Of a stretch of DNA of 64,000 nt, positions 58,804-64,000 are shown piece after piece; position 1 is the stretch's first letter, and the number at the start of each line of letters is the position of its first letter. The DNA is from Chiloscyllium plagiosum (Eukaryota). The DNA lies in assembly GCF_004010195.1 (NCBI RefSeq), contig NC_057755.1, forward strand, positions 9,215,306 through 9,279,305, given 5' to 3'. The translations under genes were made by a program, and so were the position numbers. A model generated the notes under the pieces. The model did no database searches and was not told the DNA's origin. It saw nothing but the letters and a program-made list of their open reading frames with translations.

Positions 58804-61800
58804 GAAGCCTTACAAAGGGAATCGAAATGACCAGAAATAGTTTTTATTACTCGATGGGGAGATATGTAGAAATAGGCTCGTAGGTAGTAATCTAATTATG
58901 TATGATGAAAATATAGGAGATGCAGTGCTGATTAAGCAACATGTTTGTAGACGTTGGCACAGTTTCAGAAAGTGCTCCAAGACAACGTAATGAAAGCGAG
59001 TTACAGTTACTGGAGCGCACACATAGTAACGATGCCAAAACCAGATATTCCCCATTGATTATTTCTCAGCTATTGCAAAATCATTACCGTTATAAACACT
59101 GATGGCTATCCGGTTCTGCGTTTGGAATACTGCTGAAAAAGTGGTAAAAGAAACTTATATTCCCAGTTTGAACTTGCTCAGAGAGTCCTGGTCATAACTT
59201 TGTCCGAAAGAGGGAAGACAATTTCAGCTGCTCTGACACGAAATGGACTGTATCAGTTTCGATTTATGGTGTTTGGTATGAAAAATGCAGCAGACAAATT
59301 TCAGAGACTTACTGCTAAGTTCGTTTCCGGATTTCCCACATTGTAATTTATGTTGATGACCTGCTAAGCTTAAGTCACAAATGGAAGCAAAGTTTGGAAC
59401 AGTTATCAAAATTGTTCCATCGACTCTGGGAGGTAGGCTCTCTCAAAGAGAATTTACCAAAGTTCAAATCACCTTCCTGGGCAATGCTTTTGTTCATGGG
59501 CAAATGGACAAGGAATAAAAAAACAAAGATAATTGGGGACTTTCCGATACTATCAACAATAAGGGCACATCCGTGATTCGTGGGATTGCGTGGATTTTAT
59601 CGAAAGTTCGCTCCACTCACTGAAGTGCGAAAGATGGGCAAGAAGTTTCAGTGAAAGGCACAGTAGAAAAATGCATTTGGCAGCCTGAAGGCCATATTAA
59701 CCATTGTGCCAGTGTAAGGCAGACCTAATTACGAAAGGCCACTCAAGGTGGCTATCAATATGAGTGATATGTCTGCCGGTGTTATCCTCTTGCAGGAAGA
59801 ATGCAAGAAGACAGAAAAGACCCACTGGGTAATTCTCCAGAAAATTGAATATTAATCGCAGAAAAAAAAATGGACAGTTGTTTAAACTTTAGCCTTGGTG
59901 TTGGCTTTAAACATTTCTGTGATTATGTTATCAGTAATTTGTCTGAGTGTGTCATATATACTGTTTGTAAAGAAATGTAAGGGCATAAATGTCAGACTGT
60001 TTTGATGCAGCTTGCGGTCGCAATCATTGAATTTAACAAATGTGGCTTTGGCTTATGTGATAATTGTCAATAGAGTGTGTATTTGTATTATTGTGTACAA
60101 GCAATTTAAGATTAAGCAGTTTTAAAATTAAGCTATTTTGTGATTATGATTTCATTTTTGAAGAGATAGGTCTGATGAATTCGCTTTTTAAATCAATCTT
60201 ATTCTGTCGTTGGCTTTTTACTCAGAAATATTGGAAAAGCAGTGAGTCTGAAATGTCTGGGCTTCGTTGAGTTTTCTGGCATGTTTGATTATAGCTCAGA
60301 GATAATGCCTCAGGTTAAAAGATTTAAAGTTTTAAAAGAAACACTTGAATAATAAAATGAGAGTGACCAGTTCTCCCAGCTTTACTCTGGCATCGTTTCA
60401 TTTTAGCAAACAGCTTTGTTTTATCACTGCTGGTTTAAGGACCAGTTACATAGAATAGAGTGCTGAATTCTGAATCTCTGTCAAATCTCTCCTCCTCTCT
60501 TTCCTGTAAGACTCTTAGTTTTTTTTGTTTTGGTTTTTGAGAAAGGGCGTTTATGGGGTTTACTGCATCATTTAATTGGGGCTATCACTTGCATTTTTGG
60601 ACAGGTTAAGTAATTCTGTCCTCTGTTCTCCTTTGTGTTGGGTAATTTGAAAAAAAAATGTTATATTTAAAACTAAGTGGACGGGCCAGCTGTATCGCTC
60701 CTGGAATATTCACCTCAGCAAAGCTCTGGTCCGTGCTACTTTCTTGACATATTCTGTGGAAGTCTAGGCTGGTCCACAACATAATTAATGTTAGCACAAC
60801 CAACGATGCTCCCAAACGATAATAAAGAGTGAACACCTTCAACCCCACCTTTAGTTTAATCTCTATGTTTGCTTCTTGCATTAAATTGGCAAATATAACT
60901 TCTGTAGAACTATCCACAATGTAATATATATTTGCAGGTACTCTCACATTTAATTGTTGTGTGAGGACGTCTGGTTTTAGACTTCATTTTACCATTTCTC
61001 CACTCACTGAACATGACTGCAAAACAGCCAAAAAATATTGTTGCATCTGTACTGTCTATTTGGAGTCAACTGAACTTGTCTTAAAAGTATGAAAATCCTG
61101 ACTTCGACTCCTGCTTCGTCATTCCTACTGATAAATCAACTCCAGCCAAACATGATTTCTTCAATATCCCGACCACCACTCGTCTAAACAATTAATACCT
61201 GCTATTGGAATCTACACCATGAGACGAGAATATGCTATCCATCTATCTCAGAGACCGACACATTTGATCGCTTTGAAATCTATAGAGCGAACATTAACTG
61301 TTCTACGGCAAATTCATTTGATCTCCCAGTGACCAGGCAGCCCCAGACCTGAGTGGTAGAGGTTATGAAGGCATGGGCGTTGTGAGTTGACATGTCCACC
61401 TTTGTAGAACGGTCAGTTACAACAGTACATAGTTTGGAAGTGGAAGGCAGGAGTTGTAGTGTAAGGAAAATCCTTCTTACCCAGAGGCAGGTAGGGCTCT
61501 CTAATGCACTTCCTCGAAGCGTATGTGAGGTGAGAAAACTCACAACCTTTACAACATACTTGGATGGGCAGGCGAAATGCCAGAGAAGGCAAGGGTAATG
61601 GTATATTGCAGCTTAGTACGAGTGTAACTAGCAGTTTAGTTTTAATGAAACAGCATTAGTGTCCCAAACAGCATCTTTTGTAATAAATTGTTGTGAAAAC
61701 ATATTATCCTCAATTGAGACAAAATCATGTATTTACTCCTTCAGCACTCATAGTCGTTTCTTCCAGTCTCCCAGTTGTTGATAAAAGTAGAATGTCATCT

Positions 61801-62589
61801 GTATACGTTACCTTTTCAGTTTTCTTTTCAGATGCTTTCTTACAAAGTCTAAGTAAAGCCACTCTTTTCCATCACACATTTGAAAATTCTGAACAAAATG
61901 GTCGAGTTTCTTAGCGAAGAAAAGCTTTCGTTTTCAATTTTCACTTTATCATTTGTAGTTTCCATCCTAAATATAAGAGACAAAATTGTACCTGTCCAAT
62001 CCTTACCATGGGATTCTTACACCCCTTGGACTCCCATTTCATATTCTCGTTGAATTTATGAAGGTGACTGACAAACCTTCCCTTTCGGGAAGAACTCACA
62101 CTTATCAGTCTTTTTCGCTGCTTCTCCTGCACTTGCAACACTTTGGACTTTAGCATGGATCTTTGACAGTCGATGGAAGAAAAAAAAGATGTTGCAACCT
62201 GTGGAACGTTTTTTAATTATTCGTGGAACGTGGGCACACTTGGCTGTCCAGCATTCATTGCCCATTATTAGTTACCGTTAAGAAGGTGGGGGGTGAGCTG
62301 CTTCTTAAAAATAGTGTGTTGTGGACCATGAAGAAATTAACTCACCCCCTGTTTCCATCTAAACGCAGAGTACACAGCAAAGGCAATGTGGTTACTTCTT
62401 CAGGGGTGAATACCGGTTTCCAATCAATTATTCAAGCATTGAGACCACCTATCGCAGACTCTAATGAAAGCAAGAGCTCCATCATGGCTGTGTACATGTG
62501 GTCATGGCTGCATTTGCTATCGTTCAACTTGACATCATGTCAGCACATAATTCCACAATTCCAGTCTAAGGTACACATCTAAAGTCATG

Positions 62590-62758
62590 GTCGAGAGAAT
62601 GGCGCTGGAAAATCACAGCTGGTCAGGCAACATCCGAGGAACAGGATAGACGACGTTTTGGGCCGACTCTCTTGCTCCTCGGCTGCTGCCTGACCTTCTG
62701 TGGATTTCCAGCATCACACTCTCGACTGTAATGTCCAGCATCTGCGGTCTGCACTTTC
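62590..62758. mobile_element. Penelope-derived inverted pLTR remnant
   Basis: Paralog of 29691-29859 within the duplicated block. Confidence 0.8.
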
Positions 62759-64000
62759 GCTGAAATACCTCAATTCGCTCAATCCTGCAGATAACTAATT
62801 ATCCCCTAGCATCGTTCCTTATGATACAATAAGCTTCATTCCTTGCCAGTTTTGCTTAAGTTTATATTCTCCCTCTTCTGTCTCGTACCTACCACATCTT
62901 TCATGATTCTCAAGACGTTTATGGGATATTCCAGCTGTTCTCTGCCTCCGTGGTGTGCACAGACTTTGTGAGGAATTTTTCTGTTTTTGTTTTCTTACGA
63001 ATATCTAAATCCACTTGGAACCCTTACAGTCCAATTCAATTTTGCAAAGCCAACTGCCATTGGAGATAGACATGACGAGTACTTCTTTTCTCTGAGAGAC
63101 TTGAGGGAGCTGTGTAAATCTAACACCCAGATTGTAGTGATGCGTAGGAAAACAAATATATTCAAGTTTGTAATCAATGGATTTTTAATTCACAAGGGAT
63201 TCCATGGACGTGTCAGCAGTTCGAGGTGTGAGCCGTCGTGGGCAGTTCGGAAATAGTAAAATTGAACTGCACTCTTATCAAATCAGTGGTGATCTCAAAT
63301 TTCAATGTGAGGTAATATCTTCCAAAATGGATCTGGGACGCATGATTTTATTATTCATGTACTGTCTTTTCGCCTTCCCAAGCAACATAGCTCAATGTGA
63401 CAAGATACACAGGAATTCTTCCAGTGGATAGTGAAGAAGGAAATGTGTGGGTAATATTCTCAATCAAAATCTGAATTACCATGCTGAATGGTACAGACTT
63501 CGAAGGAATCGAGAAGCTCAAGAGTGGGCATCCATGAGGCACTGTGGACCAGACAAAGCAGCAAAACAGCACTCCAGTGCAATTTATAAGCTCATGACAT
63601 GGCATACCCCCCACTCAACTATTACCATCAAGGCTGGGGATCAACCATGGTTCAATTGAGTGTTCAGGACGGCATTCCAGGAACAGCATTAGGCATACTT
63701 AAAAATGAGTTCTTAACTTGGTGAAGACACCAAAAGTCATAAACAGCAAGTGACAGACAGAGCAAAGCGATCCCACAACCAATGGATCATATCTCGGCTC
63801 TGCAGTCGTTCCATATCCAGATGTGAATGGTCGTGGACAATTAATCAACTTACCAGACAATAAGTAACCACAAATATCCCCATCCTCAATGATAGATTTG
63901 CACGACACATCAGTGCAAAATATGAGCCTGATGCATTCACAACTATCTTCAGTCAGACGTGCAGAGTAGATGATCCATCTCGGGCTCTTGCATTAGTCCC

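Larger units (their letters stand above)
54353..60781 (+). mobile_element. Second copy of the Gmr1-like LTR element (from the segmental duplication); LTRs about 54353-55004 and 60170-60781
   Basis: Colinear with 22931-27894; YVDD (TATGTTGATGAC) at about 59349. Interrupted by Penelope and CR1 insertions. Confidence 0.88.
52915..64000 (+). repeat. Segmental duplication, unit 2 (runs off the window end)
   Basis: Same order of SINE, LTR element, unique DNA, Penelope hairpin and LINE as unit 1, with private insertions and deletions. Confidence 0.93.

Noticed and set aside
52915..64000. Haplotype or assembly artefact as the cause of the duplication
   Set aside because: The units differ by many substitutions and private TE insertions, far beyond allelic difference.
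1..64000. CRISPR arrays, operons or other prokaryotic systems
   Set aside because: No regularly spaced repeats; spliceosomal introns and vertebrate TEs show this is eukaryotic DNA.

Overview
Vertebrate nuclear DNA, AT-rich and transposon-dense, most likely from a shark or other cartilaginous fish (inferred from HE1-type tRNA-derived SINEs, CR1/HER1-type LINEs and Penelope repeats). The only host genes are a same-strand tandem cluster of two-exon orphan class A GPCRs resembling GPR139/GPR142. Each has a 70-nt coding exon 1, a phase-1 intron and a ~0.9-kb exon 2. One copy is intact (35611-35680 + 36736-37664, 332 aa) and one is intact except for a single extra T in a homopolymer (4865-4934 + 6916-7809). 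There are also two decayed exon-2 pseudogenes (16301-17097, 49799-50687) and an orphan pseudo-exon 1 (40474-40543). An ~11-kb block (21300-32400) is duplicated at 52915-64000. Each copy of the block holds a decayed Gypsy-type LTR element with the unusual PR-IN-RT-RH order (Gmr1-like). Other notable structure: Penelope-derived inverted-repeat insertions with minimal hammerhead ribozyme motifs, a recent inverted duplication inside an old LINE, a LINE whose 5' end matches a free SINE head, and a CTCF-like motif upstream of the cluster. All calls come from reading the sequence by eye; TE boundaries are approximate.
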